A DNA stretch of 51,900 nt, from NCBI RefSeq assembly GCF_004010195.1, contig NC_057752.1, positions 4,353,626 to 4,405,525 of the forward strand, written 5' to 3'. Position 1 is the stretch's first letter; every line of letters begins with the position of its first letter. The DNA comes from Chiloscyllium plagiosum. Lineage: Eukaryota. The position numbers were made by a program, and so were the translations under genes. Shown here piece by piece: positions 37,257-50,228 of this stretch. The notes under the pieces were generated by a model that did no database searches, was not told the origin of the DNA, and saw only the letters and a program-made list of their open reading frames with translations.

Positions 37257-38294
37257 NNNNNNNNNNNNNNNNNNNNNNNNNNNNNNNNNNNNNNNNNNNN
37301 NNNNNNNNNNNNNNNNNNNNNNNNNNNNNNNNNNNNNNNNNNNNNNNNNNNNNNNNNNNNNNNNNNNNNNNNNNNNNNNNNNNNNNNNNNNNNNNNNNNN
37401 NNNNNNNNNNNNNNNNNNNNNNNNNNNNNNNNNNNNNNNNNNNNNNNNNNNNNNNNNNNNNNNNNNNNNNNNNNNNNNNNNNNNNNNNNNNNNNNNNNNN
37501 NNNNNNNNNNNNNNNNNNNNNNNNNNNNNNNNNNNNNNNNNNNNNNNNNNNNNNNNNNNNNNNNNNNNNNNNNNNNNNNNNNNNNNNNNNNNNNNNNNNN
37601 NNNNNNNNNNNNNNNNNNNNNNNNNNNNNNNNNNNNNNNNNNNNNNNNNNNNNNNNNNNNNNNNNNNNNNNNNNNNNNNNNNNNNNNNNNNNNNNNNNNN
37701 NNNNNNNNNNNNNNNNNNNNNNNNNNNNNNNNNNNNNNNNNNNNNNNNNNNNNNNNTATGTCCATTAAGGATGTGTTTACATTACAGGGTGTCAAACAAG
37801 AAAGGGTGAAGCAAGACTGATGTTAGCAGAGGGTGAGCAGTAGAATCACACAACTGGATTGGTTTTGAGGCTCATGGCGAGGCCTGTCACAAATACATAT
37901 CAGTGACTGCCAGTTAGGAGGTAGTCACAAGATCAGTCTTCATACCACTTACCAGCATTTCTTTAAAATGATCAGCAAAATGATGCCTTTACATATCAAG
38001 GAGAAACAGAATCCTTTGTGATCTTGAAGTGTGTTGATTGAACCTCCTTGCTCTACGGTACCAGCACTGTATCCACCCGAGGTCTACATGATGAAAGGTG
38101 TCTCCTGCTGATGCTTGTTACAATTTGGAGATTGAACATGTTGGGAGATTCTCAGCTGTGTTGTGGTCTTCTCCACAAGAATACAACTTTACAATGTCTG
38201 TATCCAGCAAAGGTACCATCCCAGAAATCACATCCATCAGAAACCCCTTTGTGTATCCCCCCAGATGACTGATACATATTCAACATTGAACCAA

Positions 38295-38539
38295 TCAACA
38301 GGCACAGGTCGCCCTGTTACAAAACCACATCCAAATCTTGCACTTGCTCTTTGGATATCCTTGTTTCAGAAATTAATTGATTGTCGACACACCAGTATTT
38401 ATCTCCCGTGAACAAATAAATCTTGTAGTTTTTCCAAGTGATTGCAGCATTGAAGTTTTGGTGGAGATCTAGTGAAGAGGGTCTTTGGAAAACAGAGGCT
38501 GTTGCAGTGGTTTCCATCCCATTGCCAGTAACCATCACC
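38295..38539 (-). pseudogene. MMP19: Frameshifted terminal exon of an MMP19-like matrix metalloproteinase (hemopexin repeats 3-4)
   Basis: Acceptor ttgttttctgtag| then phase-0 GDGYWQWDG...FPKTLFT /fs/ NFNAAITWKNYKIYLFTGDKYWCVDNQL /fs/ QGYPKSKCKIWMW; parallels the MMP19 last exon (GSGYWQWDE...YPK...LFTG...AAMSW...VYFFKG..YWRLNQQLRVEKGYP...WM). Confidence 0.8.
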
Positions 38540-38564
38540 CTACAGAAAACAAATGACCTATTTA

Positions 38565-38915
38565 ATTATTGTATCTGATTCCCTTTTGCAAGTTCCTATT
38601 GAAACTGCTTCCAACACCTTTTCAGGCAGTGCATTCCAGATGACATCAAAGCCAAAGAAATTTCCTCAACATTCCCTCTGGTTCTGCTGATAGTCTCCAA
38701 CCCGTGTTGCTCTGGTTACTGACTCTCTTGTTATTAGAAATAGTTCCTCCTTGTTTACTCTACCTAAACCCCTCATGATTTTGAATGCCTCTAATAAATT
38801 TCCCATTAAGCTTCTCTATTCTAAGGAGAATATTCCCAGTTTCTCCAACCTTCATACATTAACTGAAGTCCCACATCCCTGGTACTGTTTTGATGAATCT
38901 CTGCAATTTGACATC
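38565..38915 (-). mobile_element. Old CR1 3' fragment
   Basis: 'ttcaggcagtgcattccaga...cccctcatgattttgaatgcctcta...tctaaggagaatattcccag'. Confidence 0.7.
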
Positions 38916-40032
38916 CTTCATTAGCATAACATATTCTACTCTTTACCTTCTGATGAAAGATGTGTGCATTATTTTTATTAATGTTTTATTTGTTTGGATT
39001 TCAAACTGGTGGTATATGGGAGATGGGTAAAATTTGTGAAAGGGGGTAAAAATTAACAAGGTCGATGTTTCTGGAACCATGACTTAAAATCCATATGTGT
39101 CAGAAAGTAACTGGCTGCAAGGTGTCTCACAGTGTGAATGGAAATTTGTTTCTACTGTGGAGGTTTATGACAGGAGAGAGAAAACATTCAGCCATTAGCT
39201 GTACCAGCATCTAGAATGAACAGGGTTTTTTTTTTCAATTTAGTTCAAAAACGTTTGTGATCAGTTCAAAGGACGCCTGACAAGTCAAATGGAGCTACAC
39301 TGTCTCCTCAAAATGGAGATTGTTCAGAGCAGTTAAGGAAATAAATTACCTTTGTGAAAGCGTGTAGTTGTGAAACTTCCAGTCCAGGAGAGTCTGGTTA
39401 GAAATCTGCATCGGTTATTCAGAGTTGATAAATACATCAGTTGTGTGAGTAATCAAGGAATAGGCTTCATAACTCACAGGACAAAAACTAAGAAGAGGCA
39501 GTTAGATCAAGATGTTACAGAGTAAGAACATTTCTCAGGATTTTCATTAACTGTAAAGTAATGGTGTTGGGGAATAGATGCAATTTTGTTTGCTGTGTGT
39601 CTTGAAATCTTTCCAACGGTTATATTTAGATAGCTTTGTTTCTTTTCTTTTATTCTGATTTATTTTGTATAATAACTTCTGTTTGATTATTAAGCACACA
39701 AGGCTGTGGATTTGGTTTTATGTTTCAGTGAAAGCCTGCCATGTTAAATTGAAAGTATACAAAATATGCTCTACCAAGCCAGATTTCAGTCTGGGATCTG
39801 ACTTGTCCAGTGGTAACATCAGCTGGGATCAGAACCACCACTGTTTATGAGCCAAGATCCTATATACATTTTTTTTTAAACGTCCTCATCAATTGTCCTT
39901 CACCTTCAAAAATTTAAGTGCATGAACCTTCTGGTCTTTTTCTTACTTCGTCCCCTTTAAAACTATACAATTACTTTATATCACCTCTCCTCATTTGTAT
40001 ACAAATGGATACAAATAGATCCTGACTCACCG

Positions 40033-40130
40033 GATTTTAGATCAGAATGGTGCTGGAAGAGCACAGCAGGTCAGGCAGCACCACTCTAATCTAAATTCTG
40101 GTTTTCAGCATCTGCAGTCCTCACTTTTGT
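40033..40130. mobile_element. Tiny Penelope pLTR fold-back remnant
   Basis: 'tggtgctggaagagcacagcaggtcaggcagcacca...cagcatctgcagtcctcactttt'. Confidence 0.65.
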
Positions 40131-40344
40131 CAACTTAACTGAGAGCAAGCTTTATTTCCTCAATTATTGTATTGCCTGTCCTGATATTTCTGGTGATTTG
40201 ATTCTAAGGTGTGGGGGTGGACAGTTCCCTGGAGTTGCAGATAGGTGGATCAGATTGATCAAGGAGTCAAATGGATAGGTGCCACACAAGTATGGGACCC
40301 CCTGGAGTCAGCAGATCAGCTACGTAAGACAGTTATGGGAATTG

Positions 40345-40572
40345 CAAGTATTTTTTCACCCAGAAGGTAGTAGGGGTCTGAAACTCACTGCCTGAAAGAA
40401 TAGTACAGACAGAAATGCTCAAATCATTTAAAAGAGTATCTAGAGGTTGTAATACAGGTACTGTAACCTGCAGGGCTACAAACCAAATGGTGGAAAGTGG
40501 GATCAGGCTGAGAGGATCATTTTTTGGCTAGTACAGAAGCACTTTCTGTGCCATAAACACTCTCCGATTCTA
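40345..40572 (+). mobile_element. Old CR1 3' end
   Basis: 'ttttttcacccagaaggtagtaggggtctgaaactcactgcctgaaag...ggaaagtgggat'. Confidence 0.65.
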
Positions 40573-42436
40573 CTATTGGAGAAACTCTGAGAACACAACC
40601 TCCAATTTGCTGGGTGCAATTCTGAAGCAGTCGCTTGTATTATTCTGTTTGGAATCGATGTAAGGTATCTAACTATGACCATGTGTTTGACTGTCTTATG
40701 TTAGTGTGCTTGGACCCATTATCACAGAGGCTGCAGCGATTTAAGTACCCATACTCTGGGGAAGTGGGGATGAGCAATAAATAACAGCTTGGCCAGTGAG
40801 GTTCACACCCCAAAAGTAAATCAAGAAATATTTAATTTCACTGCCATTGCATTTTGCGCCTTGTACTGCACTGTTGTGCTGGAGCATTGGAAAGATCAAA
40901 GCTTAAAATTGACAATCTTTCTGTTGCTCTTCCATTGGAAGGCAGCGTCTGGGTAGGAGGCAGAACAAAGATTTGGCAATTCCGCATTTTCTCATTTTAT
41001 ATCAGAAGTGGAACAATTTGAACGAAGTGCAACTTTCATAGAACCACTACTTTTGTTCCTAATTTTTCATGCAAATTGAAGGCTGACAATTACCATAACT
41101 TCAGTTACAGAGACCTATTATAAATTCAGTGAATGAATCCATTAGATGGATTGTGCCAATTGAAAAGATCCCAGATTAACACTCTGTGCTAAGTCAGCGG
41201 ATCTCAGCTAGGAGCAGTGCTAGTGGTGCAACACTTGCCCTGAATATTAGTTGGAATAATCCTGACTGGATGTTGCAGGGAGGGGTTAAATCACTCAAGC
41301 TTCCAGTTCCAGGTGGCTACCAGGCTTCACCTGTCGGGACTGTGTCTGTGAAACAGCATACATTTGTCACAATTTTCATTACCTTCATCTGAGTTGCTTG
41401 CCGACATAAATTGCCCTGTGCAGTTTGTAAACAGTTATGGCTGTTTGGTATATATGGTGCTCACCCCAACAAGATGCCTATGACTACAGGAGAAAACTTG
41501 AAATAAAATGTTGCTCATAATTTATCTAATCAACTATTAAAATTATTTTTGAAATATACAGTGAAAGCTTCTGAAGAAGAGATATGTCAGACTCAACAAA
41601 TTAACTTGGTTTCTCTGCCACAGCTGCTGACGTTTTCCAGCTTTCTGGGCTTGTTTCACATTTCTAGCATCCGCAGTAACTGGCTTATATTAAAGCAAAA
41701 GCAGTTAAGTGATCTCGCTTTATTTGAACTTGCATTTTACAAACAATTGATAGTGTTCCTGCACATATCAAACTCCTTATTCTCAACAGCACCAGGATAA
41801 TATACCCATAGGTAGTTAGGGCTGAATTTTTCTTATTATCAGAGTGTTTCTGCTGAAACGTCCAGAGACGGGGAGGCAAGGACCTGGAGACATCGAAAGG
41901 CAATATAAGAATGAAGGTGACACAGGAGGATACCAGGCATAGAGAGAAATGACAGCAAGAAGAGGAAATAAACCTCCAATGCAACAACTTTTTGACTGTT
42001 CTCAAATTAGCTGCAATGGAACTTTGGGTGAAGCTCATTTTAGTTTGCTAAGTAATTGATTTCTTTGTATTCCCCCCACTCTCCTCTCCACAAGAGTACG
42101 ATCCCTGTTGGGTCAGAGTCCTACAGATATTTCTCTCCCCTCTGGTAGACTTCATGTGAGAGTCGAAACAGCGATTACCAGTGTGCTATTCAACAGCAGA
42201 AGGCATCATATTTCAAATCCAGTCTGGTCCCGCCTGATACACTGACACTCTTTAAGAAAGGCTTTTTATGCTCCCTCAGACGGATGGTTGCTTACCTACG
42301 TACATCCATAAATAATTACATATGGTGAAGACATTGGGAGTGAAATTGGTGTCTGCCAGTAGTGCAAAAATGAGCCATCTTGAAGTCACGATCCAATTTA
42401 GCTGCGCATGAAAATCATGAGGATGGAAATCCGGGA

Positions 42437-43995
42437 ATCGAGTCCTAGAGCTGTACAGCACAGAAGCAGACCCTTCGGTCCAACCTGTCCATGCCGACCA
42501 GATATCCCACCCCAATCTAGTCCCACCTGCCAGCACCCGGCCCATATCCCTCCAAACCCTTCCTATTGATATAGGATGCCCCTTAAATGTTGCAATTGTA
42601 CCAGCCTGCACCACTTCCTCTGGCAGCTTATTCCATACACGTACCACCCTCTGTGTGAAAAAGTTGCCCCTTAGGTCTCTTTTATATCTTTCCCGTCTCA
42701 CCCTAAACCTATGCCCTCTAGTTCTGGACTCCCCCACCCCAGGGAAAAGACTTTGTCTATTCATCCTATCCATGCCCCTCATGATTATATAAGCCTCTAT
42801 AAGGTCACCCCTCAGCCTCCAATGCTCCAGGGAAAACAGCCCCAGCCTATTCAACCTTTCCCTATAGCTCAAACCCTCCAATCCTGGCAACGTCTTTGTA
42901 AATCTTTTCTGAACCCTTTCAAGTTTCACAACATCTTTCCGATAGGAAGGAGACCAGAATTGCATGCAATATTCCAACAGTGGCCTAACCAATATCCTGT
43001 ACAGCCGCAACATGACATCCCAACTCCTGTACTCAATACTATGACCGATAAAGGAAAGCATACCAAACGCCTTCTTCACTATCCTATCTACCTGCGACTC
43101 TACTTTCAAGGAACTATGAACCTGCACTCCAAGGTCTCTTCGTTCAGCAACACTCCCTAGGACCTTACCATTAAATGTATAAGTCCTGCTAAGATTTGCT
43201 TTCCCAAAATGCAGCACCTCGCATTTATCTGAATTAAATTCCATCTGCCACCCTTAGCCCATTGGCCCATCTGATCAAGATCCCATTGTGTTCTGAGGTA
43301 ACCTTCTTTGCTGTCCACCATACCTCCAATTTTGGTGTCATCTGTAAACTTACTAACTATACCTGTTATGCTCACATCCAAATCATTTATATAAATGACG
43401 AAAAGTAGTGGACCCAGCACTGATCCTTGTGGTCACGGGCCTCCAGTCTGAAAAACAACCCTCCACCATCACCCTCTGTCTTGTACCTTTGAGCCAGTTC
43501 TGCATCCAAATGGCTAGTTCTCTCTGTATTCTGTGAGATCTAACCTTGCTAACGGCGGCACGGTGACACAGTGGCTAGCACTGCTGCCTCACAGCGCCAG
43601 AGACCCGGGTTCAATTCCCGACTCAGGCGACTGACTGTGTGGAGTTTGCACGTTCTCCCCGTGTCTGCGTGGGTTTCCTCCGGGTGCTCCGGTTTCCTCC
43701 CACAGTCCAAAGATGTGCAGGTCAGGTGAATTGGCCATGCTAAATTGCCCGTAGTGTTAGGTAAAGGGGTAAATGTAGGGGAATGGGTGGGTTGCGCTTC
43801 GGCGGGGCGGTGTGGACTCGTTGGGCCGAAGGGCCTGTTTCCACACTGTAAGTAATCTAACCAGTCTCTTTTGGGGAACCTTGTCAAACACCGTCCAGAA
43901 GTCTATATAGATCACGTCTATGACTCTGCCCTCATCAATCCTCTTTGTTATTTCTTCAAAAAACTCAATCAATCAAGTTTGAGAGACATGATTTT
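42437..43995 (-). mobile_element. CR1/HER1 LINE RT 3' half
   Basis: ORFs 42276-43244, 43157-43420 and 43757-43972 carry CR1 RT motifs. Confidence 0.95.
43554..43860 (+). mobile_element. Young HE1 V-SINE inserted in CR1
   Basis: Near-consensus copy; ctaac duplicated at both ends. Confidence 0.93.
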
Positions 43996-45028
43996 CCATG
44001 CATAGTGTAAAACAGGCTGCAGATTTGCTATTGTGTGCCACCAGGCTGCTGGGCAAGCATACATTTTAACCCTGTAAATCTGCACTTCTGCACAGAAATG
44101 AAAACAGTGAGTGTAACCAATCCTTCATCTCTTAAAGCTGAGCAAACTAGTTGAAAGCCTGGTTAACATCTTTCATGATTATGCTCCTTAAGAATGCATT
44201 AACTCACTCGGGAATGTCAGCAATATTTTGCAAGAGCTGCCAGCTGGAGTATACCACAGTTACTCAGCACTGGGGAAGTAGAAATAATAAAAAGTCTGAA
44301 GTCCATTGATTGCTTGCACATGTTACAGCTGGGGCTTGCCAATTAAGTCACAGGTTAAAGAGATAGCCACCTCATTCTGCAGCCTTATGTGAGAATTTAT
44401 TTCTTAAAAGTTCAGAGTTAGTAGATCATCAGAGGTCTCAGATTAAGAAGCAACGCATATCGATAAAAGGGATCTTCCAAAGCAAGATATATTTCTATTG
44501 AAAACAGGAAATAGATTGTGCTTTCGAATTTGTTCAAAAACATGACTGTTTAAGAAGACAATTCTGGATAGTCAGGAGTGACCTATAGATGGCAGTCTCA
44601 TTAAGTCTTAAAAATAGTTCGAATATCTTCTAATATCTGCAATACTGCAATAGCAATTGTAATTATAAAAGGGTACATTTTCTTCTTCTGCCCTGCAAAT
44701 AGTTTTGTGCTTTTTGGGAGTACCAACGGGAACACATTCCATTATCTTTTTTCATCTCAAGTATGTCATGTGAGCCCTTAAGTGATTATTGTTATGCAGT
44801 ATCCAATCAGCCTCAGCAATGTCATGCAAGCAGCCAAGTTGATGAGCAATTGATTGTCTGGTGGTTATAACGGTTGGTGAAGGATCATTGACCTAGACTT
44901 GCTGGACAGACTATGATGTAACCTTGCCAATCTGATAAGGATTATCACACTGTCTACCTCCTGCCCAGGGGCGGTCTATCTTTCAAAACCGATGAACCAT
45001 AAAAGTAACATTTTAACTGTATAGTGAT

Positions 45029-48000
45029 TGTAACAAGATCAACCAGGTGGACCTCATAGAATATGAGTTGCCTGATTAGATCAGATTAACGGCCCCTGAC
45101 AGATAGAAAACCAGTGTTGAGGTTCTGTTCACTCAGAACTGGCTCTGAGGAAGCTGGACCAGTGTCAAGGACTATGTACTTCAGTGGCGATGAGAGTGGG
45201 ATTAATGATGTAACCATGCAAAAGCCTACTAGCTGAAGCCCAACTGGAATTCAAACAGGCACTTCAACTGGCTTTGTCATTAGAAAATGTAGCAAGTGGA
45301 GTATATGAGTTACATGGTATTCCGATGGAAGTGAACATCGATACCAGGCCGACTGAGTTTGGGAAAGACCATTCGAGTGAAGGCAATTGCATAGCCTCAC
45401 TCAGGGCATATCCTGAACAGAGGGACTCTAGGCCAGCTCACAGCAAAACCCCAAAACAAAAACAAGCCTCGACAAAATGGTTAAAATTTTCTTCAGGATC
45501 TTGGCTAGCAAGTCATTGTAGTTACTGCCGGTATGTGAACTCAAGACAGCAAGAGAGTCCCACTAGATCCAAAATGGAGTAAAAGAACTCAGAGTCGAAG
45601 AGTGTAGTGCTGGAAAAGCACAGCAGGTCAGGCAGCATCCGACGAGCAGGAGAATCAACATTTTGGGTGTAAGCTCTTCATCAGGCATTCCTGACAAAGG
45701 GCTTATGCTCAAACATCGATTCTCCTGTTCCTCGGAAGCTGCCTGACCAGCTGTGCTTTTCCAGTACCACACTCTTCAACTCTGATCTCCGGCATCTGCA
45801 GTCCTCATTTTCCCCTGAGAGAACGCACGAGGCTGGAATCCAGGAGAATTCCACACCCTGGAAAGTTCTCCTACACCTGGTTTGGAACAGTTAAATTGCT
45901 TAGCAACATCCAAATCAGAACCAATCAAAATAAATGTCTGGTGAAACAGTCACCCTGTTCTAATAAACGTCGATACTGGTGCGGCTGTTTCAGGAATTGC
46001 AGAACCAGTCTTTAACAAAATCTGCTCTGGACTCCAATCCTTAAATTTGCGCAAGACCTCGGCTAGACTGTGAACCTGGACCGGAGAACCATTATAGATT
46101 AATGGTACAACTTTGGTTTTAGTCTCCTGTGAGAAGCAGCTGGTTCAGTGATTGTAGTAAGAGGCTTGGACCCAAGCTTGATGGGGTGGAATTGGTTGAA
46201 AAAGATTAATCTTGATTGACTCAACATTTTTGAATTAGAAAATGGCTGCCTGATTAAACACTTCGAGGGACTGTTAAAGGACCCAAGGCCATTTTGCATG
46301 TTGACCAGGACACAGTTCCATGATTCAGTAAGGCCCACGTAGTACTATTTGTCTTATTGGCCAAAATAGAAGCAGAAATCAGGAGGCTGGAAAGTAAAGG
46401 AATCGCCAAACCAGTCCAGTTTGTGGAATGGGCAGCACCGGTCGTACTGATTGTGAAGCCCGATAGGTTCGTTCACCTTTGTGGGGATTTTAAACAAACA
46501 GTAAACCACTTCTCACACCTGGATAAATACCCAATCCCTCACATAGAGGGTTTATACGCAAAGCTGGTCAGGGGGAGGGTGTCCTTCACAAAGCTGGACA
46601 TGAGCCATGCGTACCCTGCAATTGCAGTAAGATGAGGATTCCCAGAACTATACTACAATTAATACTCATAAGGGTTTGTATCAATATATGAGACTGCCAT
46701 TTGGGGTATCATCAGCCTGTGCAATCTTTCAGTGGACAATGGAGAACATTTTACAAGGTCTACCTCAGGTTGCCATTTATCCAGATGACATGTTAATAAC
46801 AGGGAAGACCAATAAAGAGCACTTAGAGAACTTGAAACACAGTGCTTAGATGTTTATCCAAGGCAGGCATATGCCTTAGAAGGGAAAAATGTGTGTTCCC
46901 TATAGCCCACATAAGTCACTTGGGGGGGGCCTGGTCGATACGACTGGCTTACACCTGTTGGAAGATAAAGTGAGGATGTTCAAAGATGCTTCATGTCCAT
47001 ACCAGACCTTAGGTCTTTCCTTGGATTGGTGAATTATTATAGAAAACTCATACATCACCTCTGACTTCAGTCCTGCACCCTTGAAAAAAAGGGTCAACCT
47101 TAGAAATGGTTTCATAGCCAAGACGTAGCCTTTAGGGAGGTGAAGCAGCAGCTATTGTCATCAAAGGTGTGAGCACACTATGATCCCAGGATCTGATGCT
47201 GACATGCAATGAATCCTCATACGGTATCAGGGTGGTATTGGCTCACTGATGGCCCAATGGAGAGAAACGCCCAATAGCTTCTGGCTCCCAGACTTTAGCT
47301 GATGCAGAACACAAACATTCCCTGATAGAAAGGGAAGGTTTGATGTTCATCTTTGATGTGAGAAAGTTCCACCAATACCCTTACAGATATAAATTTGTAA
47401 CAGTAACAATCCAAAAACGCGCTAGGGTGACTCAAAGAGGACAAGGTCATGCTGCCCATAGCTTCAGGTTGAATTCAGCAGTGGGCTCTCATTCTGTGCA
47501 CATACAATTACACATTGGAACTCCATCCAGGAGGACAAGGAGTAAATGGGCATGCATTGAGTGGCCTCCCATTGTCAGATACTTCACTGGTGTCACTGCC
47601 ACTGTAAGAGTCCATTCTGATTTTAAACTTTCAGGACACCCTTCTAGTCACTGCTGACAATATCCGAATGTGGACATAAAAGTATGTGGTCTTGGCAAAA
47701 CTAAAACAGCTGGGTGGTGATTGAGAAAAAACAGAAGGCCATCACAGCCAGGACTGAAACCTTTCTGGACACGGCGAGACCAGAGCACCATAGAGAAAGG
47801 CATCTTATTATGGAGAGCAAGAGTGACTGTCCAGAGTAAAGTTCGCCACTCTACCAGGGTCATCCAGGGGTTTCCAAAATGAAGATGTTGGTGAGAAGTT
47901 ACATGACCAGGATTGGATGCAGACATACCCATATTGGTGGGGCAGATCCCAAATTGCCAATGAGGACAAAGATTAGTGCCTTACGTTCCCCCACATTCAT

Positions 48001-48147
48001 GGGAGTGGCTGGGTAAACCCCGAACTCGGTTACATGTCGATTACTCTTTCATGGATTCCAACTTCTTAGTCATTGTAGACACCACTCAAAGTGGTTGGAT
48101 ATTCATAGAGATCATTTGTCAAACACAGGCACAACAATAGAAAAACT
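45029..48147 (+). mobile_element. Decayed Gypsy (Mag-like) LTR retrotransposon: short LTR, PBS, partial gag, PR, RT, RNase H, start of IN
   Basis: TG...CA at 45029-45183 then tggcgatgag; VDTGAAVS (about 45970); WAAPVV..KPD...LCGDFK, FTKLDMSHAY, RLPFGVSSACAIFQ, YPDDMLITG; SYGIRVVL; RLHVDY...FLVIVD; many stops and frameshifts. Confidence 0.9.
45589..45815. mobile_element. Penelope pLTR fold-back element inside the Gypsy element
   Basis: Two inverted arms of about 95 bp meeting at cttcatcaggcattcctgacaaag. Confidence 0.8.
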
Positions 48148-49899
48148 GGCCATCTGATCAAGATCCCGTTGTAATCTGAGATAACCTTCTTCGTTGTCCA
48201 CTACACCTCCAATTTTGGTGTCATCTGCAAACTTACTAACTGTACCTCTTATGCTCACATCCAAATCATTTATATAAATGACAAAAAGTAGAGGACCCAG
48301 CACCAATCCTTGTGGCACTCCACTGGTCACGGGCCTCCAGTCTGAAAAACAACCCTCCACCATCACCCTCTGTCTTCTACATTTGAGCCAGTTCTTTATC
48401 CAAATGGCTAGTTCGCCCTGTATTCCATGTGATCTAACCTTGCTAACCAATCTCCCATGGGGAACTTTGTTGAATGCCTTACTGAAGTTCATATAGATCA
48501 CATCAACCACTCTGCCCTCATCAATCCTCTGAGTTTTTTGAAGAAGTAACAATCAAGTTTGTGAGACATGATTTCCTACGCACAAAGCCATGTTGACTAT
48601 TCCTAATCAGTCCTTGCCTTTCCAAATACATGTACATCCTGTCCCTCAGGATTCCCTCCAACAACTTGCCCACCACTGACGTCAGGCTCACTGATTTGTA
48701 GTTCCCTGGCTTTTCCTTACTACCTTTCTTAACTGGTGGCACCACATTAGCCAACCTCCAGTCTTCCGGCACCTCACCTGTAACTATCAATGATACAAAT
48801 ATCTCTGCAAGAGGCCCAGAAATCACTTCCCTAGCTTCCCAAAGAGTTCTGGGTACACCTGATCAGGTCCTGGGGATTTATCCACCTTTATGTGTTTCAA
48901 GATATCCAGCACTTCCTCCTCTGTAATACAGACATTTTTCAAGAAGACACCTCTCCTTACAAATTTGTTTCTCAATTTCCCTCTGACTATTAGGGGGTCT
49001 GCAATACCATCCCAATAAGGTGATCATCCCTTTCTTATTTCTCAGTTCCACCCAAATAACCTCCCTGGATGTATTTCTGGGAATATCCTCCCTCAGCACA
49101 GCTGTAATGCAATCCTTTATCAAAAACACCACTCCCCCTCCTCACTTGCCTCCCTTTCTATCCTGGAACATTAATCTGCCAGTCCTGTCCATCCCTGAGC
49201 CATGTTTCTGTAATTGCTATGATATCCCAGTCTCATGTTTGTAACCATGCCCTGAGTTCATCTGCCTTCCCTGTTAGGCCTCTTACATTGAAATAAATGC
49301 AGTCTAATTTATATCGTTCACTGCTTTGTTCCTGCCTGCCCTAACTATTTGTTTGGTACAGTTGGGAAAAGGAGCAAGTCAGTGTCAGACTGATCTCTTT
49401 CCTCCCACCTTACTAGTTTAAATCCTCCCGAGCAGCTCTAGCAAATCTCCCTGCCAGTACATTAGTCCCCTTCCAGTTTAGGTGCAATCCATCCCTTTTG
49501 TACAGGTCACTTCTACCCCAGGAGAGATTCCAATGATTCAAAAATGTGAATCCTTCTCCCATACACCAGCTCCTCAGGCACACATTCATCTGCTCTATTC
49601 TCCTATTCCTACCCTCACTAACTTGTAGCACTGGGAGTAATCCAGATATTACTACTCATAAGGACCTCCTTTTTAAATTCCTGCCTAACTTTCTATATTC
49701 TCCCTTCAGAATCTTATCCTTTTCCCTTTCAATGTCGTTGGTTTCAAGTGCACAATGAGCTCCTTCTGGTCCCTGTTCCCCTTGAGAATATTCTGTACTT
49801 TCTCAGAAATATTTTTGATCCTGGCACCAGGGAGGCAACACACCATGCTGATTTTTCACTGCTGGCCATAGAAACATCAGTCTGTGCCTCTGACTAGAG

Positions 49900-49935
49900 A
49901 ATCGACGTTTCGGGCATAAGCCCTTCTTCAGGAAT
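49900..49935 (-). ncRNA. Minimal hammerhead ribozyme motif (dimer type)
   Basis: Minus strand: attc-CTGAAGA-a-GGGC-ttat-GCCC-GAAA-CGTC-gatt; palindromic ACGT and a GUC cleavage triplet. Confidence 0.7.
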
Positions 49936-50228
49936 GAGGAAAGTTTGTCCAGCAGGCTAAGATAAAAGGTAGGGAGGAGGGACTTGGGGGAGGGGCGTCG
50001 GAAATGCGATAGGTGGAAAGAGGTCAAGGTGAGGGTGATAGGTCAGACTGGGGTGGGGGCCTCCCTACCTTTTATCTTAGCCTGCTGGACAAACTTTCCT
50101 CATTCCTGAAGAAGGGCTTATGCCCGAAACTTCAATTCTCCTGTTCCCTGGATGCTGCCTGACCTGCTGCGCTTTTCCAGCAACACATCTTTAGCTCTGA
50201 TCTCCAGCATCTGCAGACCTCATTTTCT
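49901..50228. mobile_element. Young Penelope pLTR fold-back element with 14-bp TSD inside CR1 ORF1
   Basis: TSD cctctgactagaga at 49887-49900 and 50229-50242; perfect 71-bp inverted arms 49907-49977 and 50060-50130. Confidence 0.9.

Noticed and set aside
37214..37820. ORFs of 193 and 198 aa
   Set aside because: Almost entirely assembly gap
38317..38538. 73-aa ORF as an intact small protein
   Set aside because: Only the middle frame of a frameshifted MMP19-like exon
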